From a virus, in the IMG/VR virus record IMGVR_UViG_3300044632_000653: DNA of 64,000 bases; one strand, 5' to 3'. Below the pieces are notes generated by a model, which was not told where the DNA came from, searched no databases, and saw only the letters and a list, made by a program, of their open reading frames with translations. The translations under genes and the position numbers were made by a program. Each line of letters begins with the position of its first letter. Position 1 is the stretch's first letter. Positions 9,379 through 20,813 of this stretch are shown in pieces.

Positions 9379-11300
9379 GAAACACCTCAAACACCCCCAT
9401 CAACGCACTCGGCTTTGACGAGATCAAGTCGAACCTCAAGGAATACCTTAGGGGGCAGGATCAGTTCAAGGACTACAACTTTGAGGGTTCAGCCCTCAAC
9501 ATCATCCTCGACCTCCTCGCATACAACACCCACTATCAGGCTTTCTACGCCAACATGGCTGCGAACGAGTCCTTCATCGACTCGGCTGCGATCAGGGAGT
9601 CGGTGGTCTCCTTGGCGAAGCACTTGGGATACACCCCACGGTCCAAGAAGGCGGCTAGGCTCGTCGTGGATGCGATCCTCACTCCTGGCGGCGTTGAGAC
9701 GGTGTTCACGCAGACGGTGATCCAAGGCAAGCAGTTCATCGAAAGGGGCACGATCTTCCGTGGCAAGGACACAAACGGCAAGAGCGTGAATTTCGTCAAC
9801 CTCGACAACTACAAGGCGGTTCGCAGGGGAGGCGACAACATCGTCAGGGACATCGTCCTCTACCAAGGATACCTCAAGCAGGTGTCCTTCGTGGCGAACA
9901 CCCAAGGCGGCACGAATGCTATGTTCACGATCCCCGACAGGAGCGTGGACATAGACACCATCTCCCTGTTCGTGCAGAGGTCTCAGACTGACAGCACGGG
10001 ATCGCAGGAACTGTGGAACAGGTCCACGGACATCAACAGGCTCAACTCGACCTCCAACGCCTTCTTCGTGCAGGAGAGCCGTGAGGGCTTTTGGGAGATC
10101 TACTTCGGCGACGGGATCGTCGGCAAGGCGGTCGAGAACGGAAACATCGTCACGATCCGCTACCTCGTCACGAACGGCAGCGAGGGCAACGGGATCGGCT
10201 TCGATGAGACCTCGGTGAAGAGGGCGATCACCTGCAACGACAGTCGAGTCACCGAAGTCAGGATTCAAACTGACGATAACGACGATGTGCAGGTTTCCTT
10301 CGGAGGCGAGGATTCGGAGGACACCGAATCCATCCGCTTCTATGCGCCGAGGAACTATCAGGCGCAGGACAGGGCGGTCACCTCGGATGACTACAAGGCG
10401 ATCCTCGGTCGTGAGTACGCACAGAGGGCTGAATCCTTCTTCATTTGGGGAGGCGAGGAGAACGACCCGCCCCAATACGGCAAGGTCTTCATCAGCATCA
10501 AGCCGAGGGTCGGGTCCCGACTCTCTACCGCCGAGAAGAGGGCTATTGAGAACACCATCCTCGGCGAGAAGAACCTAGTCACCATCACTCCCGAGGTCGT
10601 GGATCCCGACCTTCTCTACATCAACCCATCGGTCAAGGTCTACTACGACGAGTCGAAGACCACCTTGAACAGCACGGGTGTCGAGTCGAGGGTCGTGGAA
10701 CTCATCAAGACATTCGGAGACTCTTACCTCGGTCTGTTTCAGCGGAACTTCCGCATGTCGAAGTTCTCGTCCACCATCGACGGCTCATCACCCGCCGTCA
10801 ACTCCAACAGCACGGACATCACCCTCACGAAGAGGTTTGAACCGAACATCGGCAGGGCTGCTCCCTATACGGTCAACTTCGATAATGCCCTACTCCATCC
10901 CGTGGACGGCTACACCCCGATCCTGTCGAGCGACATCTTCGGCTACACCGATACGACATCGACCGCCGTGGTCAAGCCGAGTGTCGATGCGTTCGTAGAC
11001 GATGACGGATACGGGAACATCAGGGTCTACAAGCAGGTCGGCACCACCAAGGTCTACCTCAGCAGGAACACGGGGACCATCGACTACACCACGGGCAAGA
11101 TCTTCTTGAGGAACTTCAAGATTGAGTATCTTGACGATGGTAAGACCGAGTTGTCGCTCACCGTGGTTCCACAGAACAGGGACATCTTTGCCCGAAGGAA
11201 TCAGATCATCCTCATCGATCCGAACAGCATTTCGGTCACGACGGTGGCTGAAAAGACGGTTATAGATAGGGGTGCCAGCGATTCCGCCTTCACTCGTTGA
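9375..11300 (+). CDS. gp6: Baseplate wedge subunit
   Basis: FDEIKSNLK.YL..Q..FKDYNFEGS.L...LDLLAYNTHY, ESVVSLAK.LGY.PRS, YFGDG..GK, AQDRAVT..DY, PPQYGKVFISIKP. Confidence 0.96.
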   Translation: MRNTSNTPINALGFDEIKSNLKEYLRGQDQFKDYNFEGSALNIILDLLAYNTHYQAFYANMAANESFIDSAAIRESVVSLAKHLGYTPRSKKAARLVVDAILTPGGVETVFTQTVIQGKQFIERGTIFRGKDTNGKSVNFVNLDNYKAVRRGGDNIVRDIVLYQGYLKQVSFVANTQGGTNAMFTIPDRSVDIDTISLFVQRSQTDSTGSQELWNRSTDINRLNSTSNAFFVQESREGFWEIYFGDGIVGKAVENGNIVTIRYLVTNGSEGNGIGFDETSVKRAITCNDSRVTEVRIQTDDNDDVQVSFGGEDSEDTESIRFYAPRNYQAQDRAVTSDDYKAILGREYAQRAESFFIWGGEENDPPQYGKVFISIKPRVGSRLSTAEKRAIENTILGEKNLVTITPEVVDPDLLYINPSVKVYYDESKTTLNSTGVESRVVELIKTFGDSYLGLFQRNFRMSKFSSTIDGSSPAVNSNSTDITLTKRFEPNIGRAAPYTVNFDNALLHPVDGYTPILSSDIFGYTDTTSTAVVKPSVDAFVDDDGYGNIRVYKQVGTTKVYLSRNTGTIDYTTGKIFLRNFKIEYLDDGKTELSLTVVPQNRDIFARRNQIILIDPNSISVTTVAEKTVIDRGASDSAFTR

Positions 11301-11320
11301 GGCGGTGAAGGACGGGGAAA

Positions 11321-13504
11321 ATGAGCATCGACGGAGACCGTCAACTATCACAGTTCGTGTCAGACAGGCTCCCCGAGTTCGTGCGGGTCGATCACCCCAC
11401 GCTCGTCGCCTTCATGTCTGCGTACTACGAGTGGCTCGGTCTCCGCAGGGACAAGGGCAAGATCCTGTCCCCGCTCGACATGAAGGACATCCCCGACATT
11501 GATGTCACGCTCGACCAATTCGTTGACAAGTTCAAGAACGAGTACCTGCTCAACTTCCCCGAGTCGCTAGCCATCAATCCCGACACGGGGTATTTGGTAG
11601 ACCCGAGGAGGCTCGTCAAGAACATCAAGCAGTTCTATCTCGCCAAGGGAACCGAGAAGTCATACGAGTTCCTGTTCCGTATCCTCTACGACACGGCAGT
11701 CGAGTTCTACTACCCGAAGAAAGACATCCTCAGGCTGAGTACGGGAAGGTGGACGCAGAACAACTATCTGAGGCTGTCCAACGCCTTGGGTGATGGCATC
11801 TACAGGGCTGCGGGTAACACCGTGGTGCAGCGCAACTCCTCGGGACAGATACTCGCCACGGCGAGGTGTGTTGAGGTCAGCGTGTATCAGGTGGGAAACT
11901 TCGATGTCGCCGAGATGCTCATCACGGGAAGGAATGGAACATTCCAAGCGGGTAACCTCGGTATTGAGTTTACTGACGGCGAGGACACCCTCCGTGAAGT
12001 GAAGGTCTACAGCGTCATCTCTTCCATTTCCGTGACGAACGGTGGCTCGGACTATCAGGTCGGGGAGAAAGTCACCTTTGTCCCTGTGGGGAGCGACAGC
12101 GGTCAGCGGGGCACGGGGACGATCACCGAGGTGGACAGTCTCGGGGGCATCCGCAAGATCAACATCGATGACTTCGGCATCAACTATCAGGTTGCACCCA
12201 CGATCTCCATCGCCACTAGCAGGGGCACGGGCTTCTCGGGAACCGTGACCGTGGGGGCATTGGCTCAATCTGCGGGCTTCTACGCCAACAACGACGGTCG
12301 CCTCAGCACGAACAAGGTCCTTCAGGACAACAAGTACTACCAAAATTGGTCGTATGTCCTCAAGAGCGAAGTCGTTATTGACAGGTATAGGGAGGTGGTT
12401 CGCCGCCTCGTACACCCTGTGGGAACAGCAATGTTCGGTTCGGTGCTTATCAAGCGTTGCTCGCACGATGATCTCGCCAACGCATCCTCGGTCGCTAGGT
12501 ACGAGGTTCCGATCATCGGGCACTACATCCCGTACACATTCCATACCTTTGACGATCTCTCGGCATGGTTTATGACGGGGACAACGGGAGGGATGACTGC
12601 TGCGGGATACAAACCGTCGTTCCACGACATCTACATCAGGGGAGAGGGCGATGGCATCGTGATCGGAGGCAACCCGATCAGCAACAACATCCCCTTCGCC
12701 GCCACGGGTGGTGCGTTGGGTCTGACGGGATTCCAAAATGCCGACCCATTCTGGATCGTTTACACGCACCCAAACCGAAAGTTGAGCAACGAGAAGCACA
12801 TCGCCAAGATTTGGACAACCCAACTCGGCGATTTCCTCTCATGGGGGGAATGGGACCTTTCGGGGGATCCTGCCAACCAAGAACGGGTCAACACTTGGGT
12901 CAAGGAACTCACCGACAAGTTCGCCTCGGACGGAACACAGAACTCCTGCTGCAAGGGGTCCTGCTGCCGTGGCGAACTGTACAGGGAGCCGTATGACTTC
13001 AACTACGCACTCTTGAACTACAGCGAGGACAGCGAGTTCCGCAAGATCACCGCTCGGGCTTTCTTCAACATGCCCATCGGCGAGGTCTTCGACTGCCGCA
13101 CCGAGACATTCGTTTCTCCCGCTTCCCCGAGTTTCAGGATGATCCAACCGATTTCGGGAGGCACCGTCAGGAACACCTCCACTCCCATTGGAACATCACC
13201 CGCCGACTACGACTTCTTCAGGAACCTGACAGTCCGATTCGACATCGACAACGGCGACAACCTCTCGTTGGCGCAGATCGGGGCATCGAAGATCAGGGCT
13301 GTCTTGGACGGAAGGAAGACGGTCGATCTCGGTCTGAACGCACGAACGGTGGGCTTCAACAAGGTGCGTGACGGAAGACACTCCCTGCGACTCGACATAC
13401 TTGACTCGCAGGACCGCCTGATCGCAGGTACGAGGGAAATCGTCATCTTCGCCTATGAGTTCGTGCCCCCCTCACAGACAGAACTCCCATCACTAGAGGC
13501 ATAA
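11321..13504 (+). CDS. gp7: Baseplate wedge initiator (gp7-like)
   Basis: LPEFVR.DHP..VAF..AYYEWL, IKQFY.AKGTEKSY.FLFRILY, LQDN.YYQ.WSYVLKS, HPVG.AMFG. Confidence 0.85.
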   Translation: MSIDGDRQLSQFVSDRLPEFVRVDHPTLVAFMSAYYEWLGLRRDKGKILSPLDMKDIPDIDVTLDQFVDKFKNEYLLNFPESLAINPDTGYLVDPRRLVKNIKQFYLAKGTEKSYEFLFRILYDTAVEFYYPKKDILRLSTGRWTQNNYLRLSNALGDGIYRAAGNTVVQRNSSGQILATARCVEVSVYQVGNFDVAEMLITGRNGTFQAGNLGIEFTDGEDTLREVKVYSVISSISVTNGGSDYQVGEKVTFVPVGSDSGQRGTGTITEVDSLGGIRKINIDDFGINYQVAPTISIATSRGTGFSGTVTVGALAQSAGFYANNDGRLSTNKVLQDNKYYQNWSYVLKSEVVIDRYREVVRRLVHPVGTAMFGSVLIKRCSHDDLANASSVARYEVPIIGHYIPYTFHTFDDLSAWFMTGTTGGMTAAGYKPSFHDIYIRGEGDGIVIGGNPISNNIPFAATGGALGLTGFQNADPFWIVYTHPNRKLSNEKHIAKIWTTQLGDFLSWGEWDLSGDPANQERVNTWVKELTDKFASDGTQNSCCKGSCCRGELYREPYDFNYALLNYSEDSEFRKITARAFFNMPIGEVFDCRTETFVSPASPSFRMIQPISGGTVRNTSTPIGTSPADYDFFRNLTVRFDIDNGDNLSLAQIGASKIRAVLDGRKTVDLGLNARTVGFNKVRDGRHSLRLDILDSQDRLIAGTREIVIFAYEFVPPSQTELPSLEA

Positions 13505-13514
13505 GTACACCGCC

Positions 13515-15860
13515 ATGCCATCGTCTTGCGACCCATTCCGTCAAAATCACAAGCGAATCGCCGCCGATGCGCTGTTTGCCATCTACAGCGACACCGATGA
13601 CAAGAACCTGTTCCTGTCCATCGGCAAGATCACGGAATGGTCGGGTCTCGGTACCGACGAGGATCCGCCGTCGAGCATCGACAGCGTCAAGGACGATACC
13701 GAACTTTGGAGGGGCATCTTCGCCCACAAGAGGATCGACAGGTCGGATGTGTCCCTCGTCGTGCGAAGGTACGATTGGAAGCCGAGCGTCATCTACACGG
13801 CGTATCGGGATGACCTAGACCTGTTCGATGACTTCGACCCCGCTCCGTTCTATGTCCTCGTTGACGATGAGCGTGTGTACAAGTGCATCGACAACAACAA
13901 CCGTGCCCAATCCCTCGTCGCACCGACGCACACCGACAGCCAAATCCGCAAGTTGGGCGACGGATACCGTTGGAAGTTCCTCTATCAGATATCGGAGTCC
14001 AAGAGGAAGTTCCTGACGAAGACCCAAGGCGACTCCATTGGCTACATGCCCGTGGAGTATGTGGACTACCTGCGGCTCAATGACGAGCGCATCCTCCAAT
14101 GGAACACGCAGCAATCGGCTGTGGACGGGGAGATCGCTTTCGTCAGGGTGAGCCCCGATGTCAAGCCCTTCGTCGTGTCTGACACCTGCGTCTTTGCTAG
14201 TGCCAACAACACGGTCGTGGTGGATGTGGCTTTGGGGGCGACGGGAATCACCCTCACTTCACCCAATCTCATCCTCAAGCCGAACTATTACGACAACATG
14301 GTCCTGTCCATCGACAGCGGACAGGGTCAGGGACAGAGGAGAAGGATCTCCACCTTCACTCCATCGGGTGTGGGTGGTGCGGCATTCGTCACGGTGACGG
14401 ATCCCTTCTCGACTAGCGTCTCGGGTGGAGGCAACGCAAGCACCTTTTCCATCGTCCCGAACATCCGAGTGGTCGGCGACGGAACCTCTTACAGCAACTC
14501 GTACAACCCCTACGCCAAGGCTGCGGAGGTCTCGGTGCGCTTCGGTGCGACCGCAGACTTCAGCGTCGTTGGTGCCACCTCCTGCGCCGACTTCTTTGAA
14601 CTTCGCCGCCTCGTTGACTCCATCGAACTCGTTGACGGAGGAAGGGACTACACATTCGCCGACCTTGAGTTCGTCAAGGGACTCGTCGTTCCAACCGACA
14701 AGGTCTTCCTTGACGATCTCGCCGAGGCTGTGATGTCCCCACCTGGGGGTCATGGATCGAACCCCGTCAAGGAACTCGGATGCTCCTCCATAATGATCTC
14801 CAAGGAGTACTCTCAGGATGAGGAGGGGAAGGTCAGCACGGACAACGAGTACCGTCAGTTCTCAGTCATCCTCAACCCGCTCCTCGCCGAGAAGCAGGTG
14901 AGGCTGAAGTTCTTCGCCACGGGTGTCAGCGGATCATTCACGGTCGGGGCGACGGCGCAGCAATCGACCACAGGCGGATTCAGCGGTGCATACGGCGAGG
15001 TGGTCTCATGGAGGGCGGGTACCTCGGGTCACAGCGGCACGAACGAACTCGTACTCACGGAGATCAGGAACGGGGACTTTGAGTATGGCGGCAATGTCGG
15101 AGGACTGACAACGATGTCCGTCGATGTCCGAACCATCGCAGGTACGGAGTCGAGGAGGCTCCTCAGGCTGACCCTTTCTCCCACGGACCCCGCCTTCTCG
15201 GGCTCGGCGACGGACTTCACGAAGGGCTACCTCGTCCACGGTATCGGGGATTGGTCAACATCGACCAACGCTTCCCGTGCGGTCGGTGAGGTCCATGCGT
15301 GGGAGCCGCAGGTCGGATCGAACATCCTCGGCTTCCTCTACCTTGAGAATCCTCAGGGATCCTTCAAGGTCAACGAGCGTGTCTCGCAGACGGACCTCTT
15401 CTACTCGGGCTACAGCAAGGGACTCAGCGGAATAGGTCAGATCAAAGCAATCGACACAGTCATCAGGGAGGGCGTGGACACATACGACCAGACCACGACC
15501 CTTGTCATGTCCTACGACGGCAACAACCTGTTCAAGACCACCTCGTTCCTTGAGGATGCGTTCGAGGAATTCGTACTCGGTGCGACGGGCTCTGCGAACG
15601 GATATGTGATGGATTGGACCCTCGGGGGTACGGGAAGCACGGGAACTCTCAGGGTCTCGGGCACCCAAGGAACCTTCCGCACGGGAATGACCGCAGCATA
15701 CGGACTGACCACGGACATCAATACGGCGACCGTCACCCAAGTGGTACACACAGGCGAACTGAAGTACCGCTCGGGAGAGGTCCTATACATACAGAACATG
15801 AAGCCGATTCAGCGTGATCTTGAGCAACGAGAAGAGATCAAGATCGTCATCGACTTCTAA
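13515..15860 (+). CDS. gp8: Baseplate wedge subunit (gp8-like, enlarged)
   Basis: FYVL....VYKCIDNN, DGYRWKFLY.I, SPPGGHGSNP..ELG, SGEVLYI.N..PI.R...Q.EEIKIVIDF. Confidence 0.88.
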   Translation: MPSSCDPFRQNHKRIAADALFAIYSDTDDKNLFLSIGKITEWSGLGTDEDPPSSIDSVKDDTELWRGIFAHKRIDRSDVSLVVRRYDWKPSVIYTAYRDDLDLFDDFDPAPFYVLVDDERVYKCIDNNNRAQSLVAPTHTDSQIRKLGDGYRWKFLYQISESKRKFLTKTQGDSIGYMPVEYVDYLRLNDERILQWNTQQSAVDGEIAFVRVSPDVKPFVVSDTCVFASANNTVVVDVALGATGITLTSPNLILKPNYYDNMVLSIDSGQGQGQRRRISTFTPSGVGGAAFVTVTDPFSTSVSGGGNASTFSIVPNIRVVGDGTSYSNSYNPYAKAAEVSVRFGATADFSVVGATSCADFFELRRLVDSIELVDGGRDYTFADLEFVKGLVVPTDKVFLDDLAEAVMSPPGGHGSNPVKELGCSSIMISKEYSQDEEGKVSTDNEYRQFSVILNPLLAEKQVRLKFFATGVSGSFTVGATAQQSTTGGFSGAYGEVVSWRAGTSGHSGTNELVLTEIRNGDFEYGGNVGGLTTMSVDVRTIAGTESRRLLRLTLSPTDPAFSGSATDFTKGYLVHGIGDWSTSTNASRAVGEVHAWEPQVGSNILGFLYLENPQGSFKVNERVSQTDLFYSGYSKGLSGIGQIKAIDTVIREGVDTYDQTTTLVMSYDGNNLFKTTSFLEDAFEEFVLGATGSANGYVMDWTLGGTGSTGTLRVSGTQGTFRTGMTAAYGLTTDINTATVTQVVHTGELKYRSGEVLYIQNMKPIQRDLEQREEIKIVIDF

Positions 15861-15869
15861 GGTGAACAG

Positions 15870-18800
15870 ATGGGCTCATACGACTCAAGCATCTTCAATG
15901 TCGATCCGTACTACGACGATTTCTCGGAGGACAAGAAGTTCCTCCGACTCATGTTTCGTCCAGGCTACGGAGTCCAAGCGAGGGAACTGACTCAGGTTCA
16001 GACGATCCTACAGAATCAGATTGAGCGTTTTGGGTCTCACATCTTCGATGAGGGAAGCATCGTTCTCGACGGAAGGATCAGCGAGAACAGGGTCAAGTAT
16101 GCCAAGGTAGCCCTCGGCACCACGGTCGATCACACGGACTTCATCGGCACGGTGGCGCAGGTCTCGGGCAAGGCGAATGCGAGGATCATCCACGCCGAGG
16201 ACATCCTTGAGGACTCGGGAGACGAGTACAGCGTCCTGTTCTTCGACTACATGGACGGCGGCACGACTTTCGGGATCAACGACACGATCACGGCTACGGC
16301 TGCGAACGGAACGGGGATCACCGCAGGTATCACGGGTCCCGCAATCGGCGGTGTTGTCGGAGACGCAATCGTTGTCTCGGTAGAGCGTGGCGTTCGCTTC
16401 GTGGAGGGGTACTTCGTACTCAACACGGCGCAGTCTCTCGGTGCCTACACCCTCACGGGAGCCACGGGTTCGCAGGTGAGGCTCTACAACTCCCCGACTA
16501 CGAGCATCGGCTTCTCGGTGGACAAGACCTTCGTCACCGCCGAGGATGACACCACCCTCAACGATCCTGCTTTCGGCTTCTACAACTACGCCGCACCTGG
16601 CAGCGACCGATTCAAGATCGACCTCACCCTCTCGCAGAAGAACTTCTCACCGAGCGACACCTCGTCCATCGACAACTTCAGCCGAGTCGGCTTCATTGAG
16701 TTCATGCGGATCGATGACGGCGACATCGTCAAGGTCGAGAGGTATCCCGACTACGCCATGCTTGAGGATACCCTCGCAAGGCGCACCTACGACGAGTCGG
16801 GGAACTACACGGTGGTTCCGTTTGAACTCAACCTCAAGGGTCCGACCGCCGTCAGCGGGACCGCTGTCCTGAAGGCTGAACTGTCCACGGGCAAGGCTTA
16901 TGTCTTCGGATATGAGTTTGAGACGCAGAGCAAGACCAAGTTGAACCTCCCGTGCGCCCGTGGGGGTGCGCACCTGCGCACGGTCGAGCGTGACTTCAAC
17001 CGCTCGGTCGGTCCATACACCCGAGTCGTGTTCTCGGGCGTGGCAGACTCCATCGGTGCGACCACCGACTTCGCCAAGCATCCGACCGTGCATCTCTCGA
17101 CGGGAGAGAGCGGTGCCGCTTTCGCATCAATCGGAACGGCGAGGGTCCGTTGGTTGGAGCCGTACTCCCCTCCCGTCTACAACCTCTCGCTGTACGACAT
17201 CAACATCACGGGACCGACCGCCGAGTTCACGGATGTCAAGCGCATCTTCTTCCCGAGCCTCACGGCTGCGGGTAAGCATGCGTTTGCGATCACGGGAAGC
17301 GCAGGTCTACAGAGCGAAAGCCAAGGGCTCCTTCTCTATCAGGTGCCCGAGGGTTCGGGCGTGACGGCATTTACGGATGCCAACTACGCAATCACGACAT
17401 ACAAGACGCAGACCGCATCCTCCCTGCCTCACTCGTTCACGGTCAACGCCGTCTCGGGTCTTGAGTTCGCCGTTGGAACCTCGGAGGTCAGCCTTCCCAA
17501 CGAGAACATCTTGGTCTTCGATCAGGACGGCAAGGTCGTGGGTGGCACGGCGGCGAGGGACGGCAGCAATCCCGCAGTCCTCTCAATCACGGTCTCATCG
17601 AATACGAGCAGCGGCAAGAAACTGCACATCATCTCCACCGAGGATGTCTCGCAGTCGCCGATGACGAGCCGCACGAAGACTTTGCAGACGGTGAGCCTCA
17701 CGCTCACGGGTCAATGGGGATCCTCGTTGACGGGAGACGGTCGTGGAACCACGGCTGACACCCTGTATCTGAATGGATACACCGATGTCCTCCAAGTCCT
17801 TTCCCTCACGGGAACGAAGGGTGCAAGCAGCGGCATCAGCATCCTGCCCTTTATGAACTTCGATGACGGTCAGCGTGATGCCCTCTATGACTGGTCGAGG
17901 ATGTGGATGACGGCGGGTGTCACGGGTATCACGGGTCCGTTCTATGCCACCTTCCGCCACTACAGCCACAGCGCAACCGATGGTCCGTTCACGGTCAAGT
18001 CGTATCCCAACTACGAGGACATCCCCTCGTACACCAGCCGCACCACGGGAACCGTCTACAGCCTCCGTGACTGCATCGACTTCCGTCCCGTGAGGAACAC
18101 GGACGGCACGATCAAGACTAACACATGGGTCCCGACGAACACCGCCGCCAACGACAACAACTTTGAGTACACCCACCACCTCCCGAGGACGGACAAGATC
18201 GTCCTCACACGGGACAGGAGGTTCTCCGTCCTCTCGGGCGTTCCGTCGCTGAATGCGGACATCCCCGCCGACGATCCGAACGCCATGTCGCTCTACATCG
18301 TGCGGATGAATCCGTACACCTTCTCGGCTGACGATGCCTCCATTCGTTATGTCGAGAACAAGAGGTACACGATGCGTGACATCGGCGACCTTGAGAAGAG
18401 GATCGAAGCAGTCGAGTACTACACCACCCTCAGCCTCCTTGAGCAGGAGGCGAAGGCGAAGAAAGTCCTTGACGATGCGGGTGACGAGATGCCGAAGAAG
18501 GGCATCCTCGTTGATCAGTTCAAGGGACACACCGTCGCCGACAACACCGATCCCATGTTCGCCGCAAGCATCGACTACGAGAGGAACGAACTCCGTCCTC
18601 CGTTCACGATCAGGTCCTATGGACTCACGGCAGGATCTCTGTCGAATGTGGTGGGCAACCTCACGGACGGGGTCTACACGCTCAACTTCACCCAATCTCC
18701 CGAGATCTCCCATCTCCTGTCGAGCGAGTCCGTGGTGGTCAATCCGTCCACGATCATCTCCTTCCTCGGCACTCTGAAGGTCTCTCCCTCCACCGACACT

Positions 18801-20813
18801 TGGTTCGACACGGAGAAGCAGCCCAAGGTCAGGGTGAATGTCGAGGGAGAGAACGACAATTGGGAGCAGAACCCGAACTACGGTTTCGGCACCCGCTACA
18901 ACGATTGGGAGGCTATTTGGTTCGGGCGTGAGAACGCCAACGAGAAAAACACCAAGCCGAACCTCGTCCGCAACAGGCTCCTCACCGCCAAGGTGGAGGG
19001 GATCTCCCTGTCGAGCATCAACTCGTCGGTGACCCCCGAGAGCATGAAGAAGGTCGTGCGGAACAAGACCGTGGCTAGGGATGTCCTCCCTGTCGCTCGT
19101 CGGAGGACGCTGACCCTCAGCGCAACGGGTCTCAAGCCAAGCACCGCCTACCGTGTCTACTGCGACGATGTCGATGTGACCGCTTACTGCACCTCTGCAA
19201 GTGCGTCCACCGACACCAAGGGACGGGCGACCATCTTCTTCTCGTTCAACGCAGCGCAAGTGCTGCCATACGCCGATCAGAACTTCCTCATCGGACGGCA
19301 CACGATCAGGGTGACTGACGGTACCAATGCCGAGGATCCCTCGGCTTGGACCATGCTTGCGGAGGCGACCTACACCGTCGAGGGCGCATACGACTCGGTG
19401 AGCGAGGAAGGAATCCTCTCCACCCGTGTGCCCGAGACCCGTCGCAAGTCGGTGAAGTCGGACAAGATCGTGTCGAACCTCTCGGAGGTGCTTACGAGTT
19501 CGGGCGAGATCCGAGGCTACAACGACCCCCTCAGCCAAACGATCTACATCGATCCCGTCAAGTATCCGAGGGGCGTGTTCGTCAAGTCGGTGGACCTTTA
19601 CTTCTCGGATAAGGAATCCCTCACCACGGTCCCCGTGACCGTTCAGATCCGTCCGACGATCTCGGGATACCCCCACCCGTCGAAGGTCCTTCCTTTCGCC
19701 ACCTCCACGCTCTACTCGGACGATGTCTCCACCGCCGACCTGATCACGGCAGGTAACGATAACGAGACCAACTTCCCGTTCACCACCCCCGTGTATCTCC
19801 TACCCGCCCGTGAATATGCCATCTGCCTGTCTACGAACAGTCCGAATTACTCGGTGTTCACGGGCACCATCGGTAGCACGATTCTCAGGCAGTCCGAGGA
19901 GGATGACAAGGTCTCCGTGACCAAGCAGCCGATGATGCGCTCCCTGTTCAAGGCTAGCAACAGCGGCAACCTCGTCAGGAACGACAATCAGACTCTTGCC
20001 GTCAGGCTCAACCTGTGCAAGTTCACCTCGTCGGGAAACATGACGGTCGAGAACGAGGCATACTCGGGCTCTGCGACGATGACCGTGAACGAGTTCAGGT
20101 TCAACGCTACCGACTTCGTGCCCGAGGGATCGGACATCTCGTACTCGGCATCCATAGCCACCAGTTCTCCGACGATATACACGGAGATCCCCGTTGGTAA
20201 GAACATCGTGCCGAGCAATGGGTATCTCGACCTTCTCGGTGCGAATGCGGAAGCAGGATTCGGAACCTTTACTGTTTCCATGTCCGCAAGCACGGACGGA
20301 TATGTCTCTCCCGTGTTCGACATGGAAAGGTCGAGCGTCATCTCGGCTACCAACCTCGTCAACAACAGCATCATCACCACCATCGGGGACTCGGCGTACA
20401 ACGGCGAGATCGAACCCACGAACTCCGCTGCGGGTGAAGCCTACAAGACAAAGGCTAGGTACATCACGAAGAAGGTGACGCTTGAGGAGGGTGCCGAAGC
20501 CGAGAACATCACGGTGACGCTCTCCCTCTGCAATCCGAGGAAGGGCAACTCCACCGCTGCGAGTGTGCAGGTCTTTGTCCGTCCGATTCCTGTCGGCGAG
20601 GTCGATTTCGACAACACCAACTATGTCAAGTTGACCACCACGGATACGGGGGTGTCCACCTCCGACGATGACTTCCGTGAGGTCACCTTCACGAACATCG
20701 GCAGCAGCACCTTGAGCAAGTTCAAGACCTTCTCCATCAAGATCGTCATGTACGGCGAGACCAACGGCTCCGCAATCCCGAGGATCAGGAACTTGAGGGT
20801 CATCGCTACATGA
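15870..20813 (+). CDS. Large virion structural protein, VrlC / DUF4815-like
   Basis: NV.PYYDDF...K.F.R..FRPG..VQARELTQ.Q.ILQNQIE.FG, APG.DR, LARRT.DESG.Y, NKRYTMRDIG.LEKRI..EYYT.LSLLE, P.I.NLR.IA end. Confidence 0.9.
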   Translation: MGSYDSSIFNVDPYYDDFSEDKKFLRLMFRPGYGVQARELTQVQTILQNQIERFGSHIFDEGSIVLDGRISENRVKYAKVALGTTVDHTDFIGTVAQVSGKANARIIHAEDILEDSGDEYSVLFFDYMDGGTTFGINDTITATAANGTGITAGITGPAIGGVVGDAIVVSVERGVRFVEGYFVLNTAQSLGAYTLTGATGSQVRLYNSPTTSIGFSVDKTFVTAEDDTTLNDPAFGFYNYAAPGSDRFKIDLTLSQKNFSPSDTSSIDNFSRVGFIEFMRIDDGDIVKVERYPDYAMLEDTLARRTYDESGNYTVVPFELNLKGPTAVSGTAVLKAELSTGKAYVFGYEFETQSKTKLNLPCARGGAHLRTVERDFNRSVGPYTRVVFSGVADSIGATTDFAKHPTVHLSTGESGAAFASIGTARVRWLEPYSPPVYNLSLYDINITGPTAEFTDVKRIFFPSLTAAGKHAFAITGSAGLQSESQGLLLYQVPEGSGVTAFTDANYAITTYKTQTASSLPHSFTVNAVSGLEFAVGTSEVSLPNENILVFDQDGKVVGGTAARDGSNPAVLSITVSSNTSSGKKLHIISTEDVSQSPMTSRTKTLQTVSLTLTGQWGSSLTGDGRGTTADTLYLNGYTDVLQVLSLTGTKGASSGISILPFMNFDDGQRDALYDWSRMWMTAGVTGITGPFYATFRHYSHSATDGPFTVKSYPNYEDIPSYTSRTTGTVYSLRDCIDFRPVRNTDGTIKTNTWVPTNTAANDNNFEYTHHLPRTDKIVLTRDRRFSVLSGVPSLNADIPADDPNAMSLYIVRMNPYTFSADDASIRYVENKRYTMRDIGDLEKRIEAVEYYTTLSLLEQEAKAKKVLDDAGDEMPKKGILVDQFKGHTVADNTDPMFAASIDYERNELRPPFTIRSYGLTAGSLSNVVGNLTDGVYTLNFTQSPEISHLLSSESVVVNPSTIISFLGTLKVSPSTDTWFDTEKQPKVRVNVEGENDNWEQNPNYGFGTRYNDWEAIWFGRENANEKNTKPNLVRNRLLTAKVEGISLSSINSSVTPESMKKVVRNKTVARDVLPVARRRTLTLSATGLKPSTAYRVYCDDVDVTAYCTSASASTDTKGRATIFFSFNAAQVLPYADQNFLIGRHTIRVTDGTNAEDPSAWTMLAEATYTVEGAYDSVSEEGILSTRVPETRRKSVKSDKIVSNLSEVLTSSGEIRGYNDPLSQTIYIDPVKYPRGVFVKSVDLYFSDKESLTTVPVTVQIRPTISGYPHPSKVLPFATSTLYSDDVSTADLITAGNDNETNFPFTTPVYLLPAREYAICLSTNSPNYSVFTGTIGSTILRQSEEDDKVSVTKQPMMRSLFKASNSGNLVRNDNQTLAVRLNLCKFTSSGNMTVENEAYSGSATMTVNEFRFNATDFVPEGSDISYSASIATSSPTIYTEIPVGKNIVPSNGYLDLLGANAEAGFGTFTVSMSASTDGYVSPVFDMERSSVISATNLVNNSIITTIGDSAYNGEIEPTNSAAGEAYKTKARYITKKVTLEEGAEAENITVTLSLCNPRKGNSTAASVQVFVRPIPVGEVDFDNTNYVKLTTTDTGVSTSDDDFREVTFTNIGSSTLSKFKTFSIKIVMYGETNGSAIPRIRNLRVIAT

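Noticed and set aside
17595-19676. 693-aa minus-strand ORF and similar long antisense ORFs (e.g. 36024-37520, 44408-45694, 25920-27071)
   Set aside because: Shadow frames of strongly biased plus-strand genes; no start signals or recognisable motifs
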